From: a virus
Lineage: Duplodnaviria; Caudoviricetes
DNA length: 64,000 nucleotides
Virus record (IMG/VR): IMGVR_UViG_3300020576_006644
Coordinates: 1 to 64,000 of that record
Reading direction: 5' to 3' (one strand)
This document shows positions 9,534 through 17,062 of the stretch, one piece after another; within the stretch, counting starts at the first letter, position 1; the number at the start of each line of letters is the position of its first letter. Under the pieces are notes generated by a model, which saw nothing but the letters and a program-made list of their open reading frames with translations, was not told where the DNA came from and did not search any database. A program made the position numbers and the translations under genes.

Positions 9534-9976
9534 AAAAGCCCCCTGCGCTGCGCCCGCTGCGCCGCCTCGCGGATGGCTGGCTCGTAGGGCTTGTCGGTGC
9601 GCAGCGGCAGCCGCTCGCAGTAGTAGCCCTCGATCTCCGAGGTGAACCGGGCCGATACCGTCGAGTACTTGGCCTCGTGGAAGCCGCTCCGCGGGCAGTA
9701 CCAGAGGTCGTAGGGCAGCTCTACCATGTCCGGCAGCCCGCGGCGGCTCTCGGCCCTGAGCCGGACGCGGCCGAGGAACTTGCACAGGTCGCAGCCGGCG
9801 TGCAGGTGCTGCGGGGAGTTCGCGTCGACCTTGTCGATAGGCCGGTGGCAGCAGGGGCTGACCAGCACCATGCGCTGCACCTCCCCCTCGCACGGGGACA
9901 GGCAGCCGGGGCACAGCCAGGCACCGCCGGGTAACTCCTCCTCGGGCTGGAACCGCTTGTCGTAGGGCTGGGTCAC
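9530..9976 (-). CDS. Cys-rich hypothetical protein (start uncertain)
   Basis: 3' part of the 9530-11050 ORF; the rest of that ORF is antisense to 10187-11296. Confidence 0.45.
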   Translation of the reverse strand: MTQPYDKRFQPEEELPGGAWLCPGCLSPCEGEVQRMVLVSPCCHRPIDKVDANSPQHLHAGCDLCKFLGRVRLRAESRRGLPDMVELPYDLWYCPRSGFHEAKYSTVSARFTSEIEGYYCERLPLRTDKPYEPAIREAAQRAQRRGLL

Positions 9977-10142
9977 GACGTAGCGACCGTGCTGCGATTC
10001 ATTAGCAGCTTCTGGGGTGTAAGCAGGCACTTCAACCACGCCGAAGCTGCCCAGGACAACGGCCACTTCACTTCGGCTTTTAAGGGGATCGGTAAAATTG
10101 ACCAGTTCATCCCCCACCTCTACAGCCCGATCGTCCCGGGCA

Positions 10143-10164
10143 GCAATCCCTGACGTTTGTTCAG
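10143..10164. promoter_or_regulatory. 22-bp operator repeat copy 3
   Basis: GCAATC-CCTGAC-GTTT-GTTCAG; 10 nt before the TATCCT -10. Confidence 0.8.
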
Positions 10165-10186
10165 TGCGACCGGCTATCCTGCCGGC

Positions 10187-11296
10187 ATGCCGTTTCTCAT
10201 TGAGCAGCAGTCGAGCGGGGGCCGCCGGGTGGAGCTGGACGGACGGGCGCTGCCGCGCGCCGACTCGGTGGAGTGGGGCGGGGAGCAGCGGGCGGACGTG
10301 ACCTACCTGCCCGGCTCCCCGGATGCCGTGGGGCAGATCTACGGGCCCAAGCAGCTGCCGATGTCCCCGGAGGGGCGCTGGGGCGACAGGTACATGCGCG
10401 GCGACAGCGCGGCGTGCCTCGTCAAGGTCGACGGGCGGCAGATAGAGAACGCCCTTGAGGCGGCGCAGATCATGGACCGCATTCGCGAGGAGGGCATCCT
10501 GCTCCGGGTGGCCTACGAGTCCGAGGTCCGCTACGGGCTGCTGCTCGAATGGCGCTACCGCCCCTTCGCCGAGGGGCGGACCCTGGAGCGCATCGACTGG
10601 TCGGCCAAGTTCGAGTGGCTCTCTCGCGGGAACAAGATGCTGACGCCGGCCATCCCAAACCGCGTCGGCGCCCAGAACTTCGCCGCCAAGATGGCAATCC
10701 TGTCGGCCCAGGTGGAGACCGCCTGGCAGAACCTGCAGGGCAAGAGCGACCTCCTGCTCGCCGCCGCCGAAGCCCCGGTCGCCCGCATCCGCGGCATCGC
10801 CAACACCGCGCAGCAGGCGGCCAGCTCGCTCACCCAGCGCGCCGCAGACGCGGTCAACATCGCGCAGTCGGTGACGGGCCTTGCGAGCGAAGTCACGGCG
10901 CAGGCTTTCGAGCTCGGCGGGGCCACCGCGTCCATCGCTACCTCGGCCGCCGCCAGCTTGCAGCTCGCCGCCGACCGCACCGGCAACCTTGGGTCCATCA
11001 AAATTGATGGCGGAATCGGCGCAGACATCACGCTGGCCAGAGACCAGCAAGCCGTGCTCGACCTCTGCCGCCAGCTTGCCGACCTCGCCGACCAGATCAC
11101 AGCGGCGGCTGAAAAGGCGCTCGCCGATGTCGAGCCGTATGTGGTCTATGCGATGAGAGGTGAGACTCTGCGCGATATCGCCTTACGCGAGCTCGGAAGT
11201 AGCTCGGCTTGGCGCGATATCGCTATGGTGAACGGATTAAGCGGCTCTGAAGTTGCGCCAGGCTTGCCGCTTCTGATACCGCGTCCTCACACCTAA
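10187..11296 (+). CDS. tail tube initiator / LysM-domain baseplate protein
   Basis: N-terminal tube-like domain; C-terminal GETLRDIALRELGSSSAWRDIAMVNGL..LLIP LysM motif; TATCCT 6 nt before ATG 10187. Confidence 0.78.
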   Translation: MPFLIEQQSSGGRRVELDGRALPRADSVEWGGEQRADVTYLPGSPDAVGQIYGPKQLPMSPEGRWGDRYMRGDSAACLVKVDGRQIENALEAAQIMDRIREEGILLRVAYESEVRYGLLLEWRYRPFAEGRTLERIDWSAKFEWLSRGNKMLTPAIPNRVGAQNFAAKMAILSAQVETAWQNLQGKSDLLLAAAEAPVARIRGIANTAQQAASSLTQRAADAVNIAQSVTGLASEVTAQAFELGGATASIATSAAASLQLAADRTGNLGSIKIDGGIGADITLARDQQAVLDLCRQLADLADQITAAAEKALADVEPYVVYAMRGETLRDIALRELGSSSAWRDIAMVNGLSGSEVAPGLPLLIPRPHT

Positions 11297-11318
11297 CACG
11301 ATCTGCATGTTGCCGGCA

Positions 11319-11530
11319 ATGCTGTATACACAGCAGACGATCTGTTTATCGGCAAGTATCCGACCGGCTTAGTGTACGCAAACAAGCGCGTAGAGGTAGC
11401 AGGAGATTACAAGCGCTTGGCGTACCTGAACTATCGTACGCTGGCGCTAGAGGTAGACAAAGGCTGTCCTAAAGAGTTCCTAGCGCTCATCCAAGCGGAC
11501 CATGCGCGCATGCTGGCGCTCAAACACACG
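11319..11530 (+). pseudogene. possible frameshifted small gene
   Basis: Protein-like DDLFIGKYPTGLVYANKRVEVAGDYKRLAYLNYRTL has no in-frame ATG; ATG 11319 would join it if 2 nt of TATACACAG were removed. Confidence 0.3.
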
Positions 11531-11567
11531 TTAGGTCCGTTTCACGTTCTATTACCTTTCTCTGCTC

Positions 11568-11705
11568 CTAGTACGCTACAGGCTGCAGTACACCGCCGTC
11601 TACTTTCGCATAAAGGACCTTTGAACCGTTGCGGAATACGCGCCAGTAATACCGGCAACCTCCTTGCCGACCGATGTATATAAGGCGCATCTTTTGCTTA
11701 GCCAC
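11568..11705 (-). CDS. 45-aa hypothetical protein
   Basis: GTG start MAKQKMRLIYIGRQ..., GAGGA RBS; below the ORF-track cutoff. Confidence 0.45.
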   Translation of the reverse strand: MAKQKMRLIYIGRQGGCRYYWRVFRNGSKVLYAKVDGGVLQPVAY

Positions 11706-11707
11706 GG

Positions 11708-11884
11708 CTATTCCTCGCTATCTTCCGCGTCAGGATCGCCGATACCTTCAACCATGGCAGGATCGGGCTGCCGCAGCGGTCTGCCATCCTTGCCTAGCAG
11801 CACGGCAAAGCAATTGCCGCTGTGCTTGCCTGCGCGCTTGTCCTTAGCGCTGCCGTACTCTAGATAGAAGCTATATCCTTTCAC
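11708..11884 (-). CDS. 58-aa protein ending GDPDAEDSEE
   Basis: GTGA-coupled to 11881-12081; last 33 nt are 31/33 identical to the end of 16239-16856. Confidence 0.6.
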   Translation of the reverse strand: MKGYSFYLEYGSAKDKRAGKHSGNCFAVLLGKDGRPLRQPDPAMVEGIGDPDAEDSEE

Positions 11885-12081
11885 TGTCCACCGCCTTTTC
11901 CGTCGTAAATAACGACCTCGGAATCATCAAAGCGCTTTGTCGCAAGGATGATGCCAGATTTACCGGCTACGGAAAATAGCTTGCCTGTTTTCGTACCGTA
12001 GTCCAGAGCGGCCTGCAATGTGTCGAAATGGCTAGCAGGAAAGCTGCGCAGAGCATCGTTTGCATATGTGGTGAATTTCAC
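11881..12081 (-). CDS. hypothetical protein
   Basis: 66 aa, coupled to both neighbours. Confidence 0.55.
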   Translation of the reverse strand: MKFTTYANDALRSFPASHFDTLQAALDYGTKTGKLFSVAGKSGIILATKRFDDSEVVIYDGKGGGQ

Positions 12082-12206
12082 CGCTCACCGCCTTTTTGCA
12101 GGATGCAAGGCAAGTCAGCCTGCGGCCAAGTTTCGCGCATACCGTAGCAGAGCAAGCCTGTCACTACAAGGTACAGCAGCACGTTTAGGATCGTCTCTAT
12201 TCGCAT
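12078..12206 (-). CDS. 42-aa membrane peptide
   Basis: MRIETILNVLLYLVVTGLLCYG...; GTGA coupling. Confidence 0.4.
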   Translation of the reverse strand: MRIETILNVLLYLVVTGLLCYGMRETWPQADLPCILQKGGER

Positions 12207-12271
12207 GAGGTCGGCAGCCTGCCTGTCAAAGCGGCTGCCGGATACTTCTACTACCGGACGCTGTCTAGGAG

Positions 12272-12757
12272 CTACTTCGGAATAGCGCGGATATGGTGGC
12301 TGATACCAGCCAGCTTAACCGTAACGCTAGCCTTGCTCGGCTCTGCGGTGTACTGTAGTCCGACAGACTCCGCCACGATGGCGCTCGATTCCGCGCTGTC
12401 GACGATGCTGTCAAGCTCCGCCTTGATCTTCGCTCGCTCCGCGGCCAGATTGGCGGTCATCTCGGCGAGCTCGCTGTCGACCTCGATAAGCCGGACCATG
12501 AGCCTGGCCTGGCCTTTGGTGGCGACGATCGGCGGCTTGAGCGCCGGCAAACCGTTGGCAGTGCAAAAAGCGTAGGCGTCTGCGCTGGCCGGCGACTGCT
12601 TCTTGACTGACAGCTTGCAGAGCCGCTCCGCCAGCTTGACCGCGTCGGCTCTGATCAGATCGATCGTGTCCGCTGGCGCCGGCATATCGGCAGCCTTGCG
12701 GACGGTGAAAGACTGCGCAGGCTTCTTGGTGGCGGTGGCGCTTACTTTGGTTGCCAT
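12272..12757 (-). CDS. hypothetical protein
   Basis: 161 aa, AAAGGAG RBS. Confidence 0.7.
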   Translation of the reverse strand: MATKVSATATKKPAQSFTVRKAADMPAPADTIDLIRADAVKLAERLCKLSVKKQSPASADAYAFCTANGLPALKPPIVATKGQARLMVRLIEVDSELAEMTANLAAERAKIKAELDSIVDSAESSAIVAESVGLQYTAEPSKASVTVKLAGISHHIRAIPK

Positions 12758-13386
12758 GGTCGGATCTCCTTTTTTACGTGCGCTGGTATCTGGTCAGACT
12801 GCATGCAAACCGTCTGCCAATTGACGTGACAGGCGGTCGGATTGTGCGGCGGCTTGGCCACGGTACAGCCGTAACAAACCTCGCTGAATTTTGGACCGTC
12901 CGCAGCGGTGAGCTCCTGCAGCGGCTCAACCTCAAGGTAGGTCGCCGGAGGATCTGGAAAAATCCATTCACCGCGGAAGTCTGTTGCTCGCTTGTGCAGC
13001 GCTCGCATTTTGGCGCCGCCGATCGTGAGGTCGGCCGACTTGATCACGCCAGTTAGCTTTACAAAGCCGACCAAGCGGTAAGACCAAGCCGAGGTGTAGA
13101 CAGACCACGCGCGGTAGTAGCTGGCTTGCTCACCGTCTAGCTTGACCGCCTTTTTCTTGTCGGCTTGCTCGCTGTAGGCGCCGAACCATTCGTAATGTTG
13201 CTCGGTCTCCGAGCTATAGGCCTTGCTGGCGAAGATCGCTACGGCGCCGCGATAACTGGTAAAGCACCGACTGCCGCGACACTCAACCGACTTGAACACG
13301 CGCGAACCGTCGCGCAACTTCAAGCCTTGAACCATGCTTGCAGCGTGCTGGCTCTTATCAATGAGCGCAGGAATGATGATGCTCAC
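12742..13386 (-). CDS. hypothetical protein
   Basis: GTG start coupled to the upstream TGA. Confidence 0.6.
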   Translation of the reverse strand: MSIIIPALIDKSQHAASMVQGLKLRDGSRVFKSVECRGSRCFTSYRGAVAIFASKAYSSETEQHYEWFGAYSEQADKKKAVKLDGEQASYYRAWSVYTSAWSYRLVGFVKLTGVIKSADLTIGGAKMRALHKRATDFRGEWIFPDPPATYLEVEPLQELTAADGPKFSEVCYGCTVAKPPHNPTACHVNWQTVCMQSDQIPAHVKKEIRPWQPK

Positions 13387-13766
13387 TTCGGCACCTTGCT
13401 TTCCTTCCACTCACCAGTGACAGGATCGCGCCAGAGGCTGGCGCAGTCTTCCACGGCGCCAAAGTACTGCCAATCCTCGCTGTCACTGGCGTTTATCACG
13501 CTGTGGATCAACAGGATCGCGGTGTGCTCGCCTTTACCATAGCAATCGCGGATGAGCGGATACAGCGCCGTGACTGGCCGATCTTTGCCGTACTCGTCCG
13601 GATTGCTGTAGGTCACTCGGACAAAGCGAGCGGACTTACTCGGCTCATCCATCGTGAAGCGGTGACACCACACACCGCTTACGCGCTTGCACATGGCCGC
13701 CAGATTGGCAAGTCCGACCATGCGCACGCGCGAGTCAGATTGAGTCTTAGGAGTGGTCACAGCCAT
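13383..13766 (-). CDS. hypothetical protein
   Basis: 127 aa, AAGGAG RBS. Confidence 0.6.
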   Translation of the reverse strand: MAVTTPKTQSDSRVRMVGLANLAAMCKRVSGVWCHRFTMDEPSKSARFVRVTYSNPDEYGKDRPVTALYPLIRDCYGKGEHTAILLIHSVINASDSEDWQYFGAVEDCASLWRDPVTGEWKESKVPK

Positions 13767-14284
13767 ACTCCTTTGATGCTGTAACCTGCACGGTACTTAG
13801 TGAGGCTCTCATCTCTGGCCGCGCGCCTGGCGTCGCCGCAAGTGTGCAAGTGGTGTTTGTACTCCTTGCAGCCGACGCAAGCCGAGCGAGCGGCATTCTC
13901 TGCAGCGTTGAGCGCGTCAAGCCGCTTGCGAGCTCGCTTGATCGTGGCGGTCGGCGCGTCTTTCGTGCTGCAGCCATGCAGACAGTAGCTCAGATGATGG
14001 CCGATCTCAAAGGCACGATCGGTGCCGATACCGGCGCCTTTCACCGTCCAGTAGCCGTCAACGTCCTTGCAAGGCCAGTCAAGCGCGGCGGCGACGCGCG
14101 ACGTGATACAGAGCATGTCTTCTTTCGTGTGAAAGAAGACGCGCGCATACCATGTCATGTTGGTACGCGAAATTTTCTTGACCTGGACGTATACTTTCGC
14201 GCCAGGCTTGATCAGCTTGCGCAGGTACTCGATCGCTTCCTTGCGCTCGCCTTCAGTCTTTTTGTTTCGCATGATTTTATTCAT
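13757..14284 (-). CDS. conserved phage hypothetical protein
   Basis: LRKLIKPGAKVY..SRTNM..VKGAGIGTDRAFEIGHHLS resembles a family of small phage early proteins; GGAGG RBS. Confidence 0.65.
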   Translation of the reverse strand: MNKIMRNKKTEGERKEAIEYLRKLIKPGAKVYVQVKKISRTNMTWYARVFFHTKEDMLCITSRVAAALDWPCKDVDGYWTVKGAGIGTDRAFEIGHHLSYCLHGCSTKDAPTATIKRARKRLDALNAAENAARSACVGCKEYKHHLHTCGDARRAARDESLTKYRAGYSIKGVWL

Positions 14285-14510
14285 CCTCCGGTTGTAACGC
14301 CATGTCTTCTCTGATCTTGATCAACTTCGCAAACTCAGCCAGATTATCATCAATAAGATCGCAGATTTTGGAGTATTTTTCTGCGGCAACGATCTTGTGC
14401 GCTAGAGGACACAGTACGTTCGCGTACTGCACTTCAAGGTGTTTATTGGCATCTTTCACGTTGTCGTGAATTACGCCGTCGAATGTCTCGATCTTTGTTA
14501 CTTGTCGCAT
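14277..14510 (-). CDS. hypothetical protein, first gene of the leftward sigma54 unit
   Basis: ATG 14 nt after the -12 GC. Confidence 0.6.
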   Translation of the reverse strand: MRQVTKIETFDGVIHDNVKDANKHLEVQYANVLCPLAHKIVAAEKYSKICDLIDDNLAEFAKLIKIREDMALQPEDE

Positions 14511-14523
14511 GTCTAAACAACCT

Positions 14524-14540
14524 AGCATCCACCATGCCAA
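14524..14540 (-). promoter_or_regulatory. sigma54 (-24/-12) promoter, leftward
   Basis: TTGGCATGGTGGATGCT = GG-N10-GC. Confidence 0.7.
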
Positions 14541-14600
14541 GCGCCGGCTATGGATCGCGTGCGCGCGTACCTATAGAAAACGCCAGCACGGCAAACCTAG

Positions 14601-14728
14601 ATCCTCAGTTTTCTGAGACTACTGAACGCAGTTTCAGCTACATAACTTCCGAGTGTAAAAGTTGGCACAGTATTTGACCAGCGACACGATTCTAGGAAAC
14701 TGAGACCACGTATCAGAAAACTGTGGAT
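14601..14728. repeat. inverted repeat pair (15/16) in the divergent promoter region
   Basis: ATCCTCAGTTTTCTGA (14601-14616) and TCAGAAAACTGTGGAT (14713-14728). Confidence 0.7.
14622..14637 (-). promoter_or_regulatory. LexA-box-like palindrome
   Basis: Minus strand CTGAAA-CTGC-GTTCAG; lacks the GCAAT flank. Confidence 0.45.
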
Positions 14729-14767
14729 TAGTTGCTCTGTGTACAGGCTGCACCGACGTGCGGCAAC

Positions 14768-14784
14768 TTGGCACGGTAGATGCT
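14768..14784 (+). promoter_or_regulatory. sigma54 (-24/-12) promoter, rightward
   Basis: TTGGCACGGTAGATGCT = GG-N10-GC; ATG 14 nt after the GC, mirroring the leftward promoter. Confidence 0.72.
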
Positions 14785-14797
14785 ATGTTAGTTTGGC

Positions 14798-15613
14798 ATG
14801 TCTACTAGAAAAACGATCGTGGAAGCGTTCGCGAACCTGACTTGGTGTCTGGCGTGGTCTGACCATGTAGAGGAACACGGTTGTTACAACCTGTCAGGCT
14901 GCAAGATCGAAGAACATGCGCCAGAGCTACCTAAACAGGCTTTGCCGCTGGCTGAGACGGCGCTTGCCAAGGTCGAGCAACGGCTAGCGAGCGACAGCAC
15001 TTTCCAGCATGCCGCGCAAGAGGCTAAAAAGTGGCTGAAAGAGCACAGCGAACCGGCAGACCATGCCGCTATTCTGGCGGAGTGCGAAGCGTCCAATCTC
15101 TGCGCGGCGCTCCTAGTCGCTGCTAAGGCGGACGCCGAAAAGGATCAAGATTCGGTCTCAGCTGAGTTTGAGGAACCGACTGTAGAAGCAATCAACCTGT
15201 ACGACGATCCTGATTATGCCAAGCGTTTTGGCGACTGCCTAGGCTTCCAGCTTCCTGGCCACGGCGTAGCGTGGTCCGACGATCACGCAGAAATACCGCT
15301 TCCAGACATGTACGACTGCACCGCAGCGGATGAACTGCGTTACATAGCGGACAATTGCCGCGCGTTTAATCTGGCCAATATCGAGCGGTTCCGCTGCAAT
15401 GCAAGCTGGCAAGCGGTGCAGTGCTGGCGGACCGATCGCGGATGGATGTACGACGGTCCGGCTAGCTGCGGACCTAAGGACGTGCGGACATCTGGCCGCG
15501 GACCTAGCTGGTCAGGCTTAGTCTCGTCTGCTTTTGTCGCTGCACTGCTTCGCAAGTTGCGCGATCGGCGCGTCAACATTCAGAGGATCGAGCTCACACC
15601 GCGCGACAAGTAG
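14798..15613 (+). CDS. hypothetical protein
   Basis: 271-aa ORF after the sigma54 promoter. Confidence 0.7.
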   Translation: MSTRKTIVEAFANLTWCLAWSDHVEEHGCYNLSGCKIEEHAPELPKQALPLAETALAKVEQRLASDSTFQHAAQEAKKWLKEHSEPADHAAILAECEASNLCAALLVAAKADAEKDQDSVSAEFEEPTVEAINLYDDPDYAKRFGDCLGFQLPGHGVAWSDDHAEIPLPDMYDCTAADELRYIADNCRAFNLANIERFRCNASWQAVQCWRTDRGWMYDGPASCGPKDVRTSGRGPSWSGLVSSAFVAALLRKLRDRRVNIQRIELTPRDK

Positions 15614-15614
15614 C

Positions 15615-15631
15615 CTGGCACTCACCTTGCA
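15615..15631 (+). promoter_or_regulatory. sigma54 promoter
   Basis: CTGGCACTCACCTTGCA, near-consensus TGGCAC-N5-TTGCA, intergenic. Confidence 0.75.
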
Positions 15632-15643
15632 AGGATGCAGATC

Positions 15644-16057
15644 ATGATCAACAAACACTACTACCAAGTGTGGCGCAAGCGCGGCGAAACCGCGACAAGT
15701 GCCGCAAGGCTTGCCAAAGGTTCGCAGGCAATCGCGGACGGTAAGATCATCGTCTCTGAGGAAAGCGACAATATGTCTTGCCAGTGCGATTATGATGGCT
15801 GGCGCTGCTCGGAGTGCAAAGACTACCGGCGCCGCAACCATGAGGATCTGAAGCAGGTCAACCGGCGCCACAAGTGCCAGTGCAGGTACACGTTGTGCTT
15901 GGTCGCCAAGTCAGCCGACGGCGAGTATTGCACCTCGCTTGGCGGAGTGTGTGTTGACAACCTGACAGATGAGTACCTTAACCAGTGCGCAGCAGAACTT
16001 GCCGAGGAACTGCTCTATGAAATGCGGCCTACTCCAGAGCACTGGATGGCGCTCTAA
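15644..16057 (+). CDS. Cys-rich hypothetical protein
   Basis: ATG 13 nt after the -12 GC (alternative start 15635). Confidence 0.65.
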   Translation: MINKHYYQVWRKRGETATSAARLAKGSQAIADGKIIVSEESDNMSCQCDYDGWRCSECKDYRRRNHEDLKQVNRRHKCQCRYTLCLVAKSADGEYCTSLGGVCVDNLTDEYLNQCAAELAEELLYEMRPTPEHWMAL

Positions 16058-16242
16058 TGGCTCAGCAATCAGGATACGTACCGTGCGCTTGCCGTGACTG
16101 CATGGAAATTGCAATCGCGGACCGTTCAAAGCTGGCCTACTGCCATGATTGCGAGTCGGCCGGCTGTCCAGACTATCAAGGTCAGCCTGGCATGTCGCAA
16201 GAGTGCCAAGCGCCAGGCGCTTATGGAGGCGACGAATCATGA
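16057..16242 (+). CDS. small Zn-finger-like protein
   Basis: CACRDC...CHDC; TAATG coupling. Confidence 0.6.
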   Translation: MAQQSGYVPCACRDCMEIAIADRSKLAYCHDCESAGCPDYQGQPGMSQECQAPGAYGGDES

Positions 16243-16856
16243 CGATCCTTTACATGTTCCAGGCGGCTCTCTACTGCGAAGATTGCGGCAAGAAGCTGCG
16301 CGCCGACCTCGACAAGCAAGGCAAGACTCCGGCAGATCCTGACGATGAAACGACGTACGACAGCGACGACTATCCTAAGGAGTGCCTAGCTGGCGAGTCT
16401 GACAGCGTGAGTTTCTGCGAAGGTGGCGCAGACTGCGAAGGTGCCATCACGTTGAAGTCCGGCCACAAGATCGGCGCTTGGCTTGAGGAAGATCTGACCG
16501 ATGAAGGTGTGAAAAGCCTTCAAGAGTCGCTTGGCAGCAAAGATCTTGATCCTGTACTCCGCAAGGAGTACGAAAAGATCGCCAAGTCGCTTTACGTCAA
16601 GTACGACTCCAAAGCCGTGCGAGAAGCTAAGGACGAGCATGGCAAGCTACCGCAGTACAGCAGCGTAGGCGGATACACGATCGGCTACTACAGCGCAGGC
16701 GGCGACATGTTCTGCGCGGAGTGCGCAGCAGATCCTGACAATGAGGTGTCGGAGATTGACGCCTACTTCGAAGGTCCGACCGTGCATTGCGATGGCTGTA
16801 ATGTTGAGATAGAGTCTGCGTATGGAGATCCTGACGCGGAAGACAGCGAGGAATAG
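16239..16856 (+). CDS. acidic Cys-rich protein ending GDPDAEDSEE
   Basis: GGAGG RBS, ATGA coupling, CxxC motifs, very D/E-rich. Confidence 0.7.
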   Translation: MTILYMFQAALYCEDCGKKLRADLDKQGKTPADPDDETTYDSDDYPKECLAGESDSVSFCEGGADCEGAITLKSGHKIGAWLEEDLTDEGVKSLQESLGSKDLDPVLRKEYEKIAKSLYVKYDSKAVREAKDEHGKLPQYSSVGGYTIGYYSAGGDMFCAECAADPDNEVSEIDAYFEGPTVHCDGCNVEIESAYGDPDAEDSEE

Positions 16857-16858
16857 GT

Positions 16859-17044
16859 ATGCGAATATGTCCTAAGTGTGGCTGCATCGCACAAGTTGTA
16901 ATTATTAAAAAAGCACGCGTGCGATGTGTGCTTAACGCAGACGGATCGGTAGGTAAATTGTTATCCGCTTCACGTGAAGGTGCTGAATACATCGCTTACG
17001 AGTGCAGCGGTAAACATATATGGACCGATACCTCGCAAGCCTAA
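16859..17044 (+). CDS. small Zn-ribbon protein
   Basis: CPKCG...ECSGKH. Confidence 0.55.
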   Translation: MRICPKCGCIAQVVIIKKARVRCVLNADGSVGKLLSASREGAEYIAYECSGKHIWTDTSQA

Positions 17045-17062
17045 GTAGCGTACACTGCGCCG

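Noticed and set aside
11294-11530. Stop-codon readthrough from the LysM gene into the in-frame downstream segment
   Set aside because: TAA is used as a normal stop elsewhere and the LysM domain ends naturally; a decayed separate gene is simpler.
14662-14678. Fourth sigma54 promoter TTGGCACAGTATTTGAC
   Set aside because: The -12 element is GA instead of GC and no ORF follows at the expected distance.
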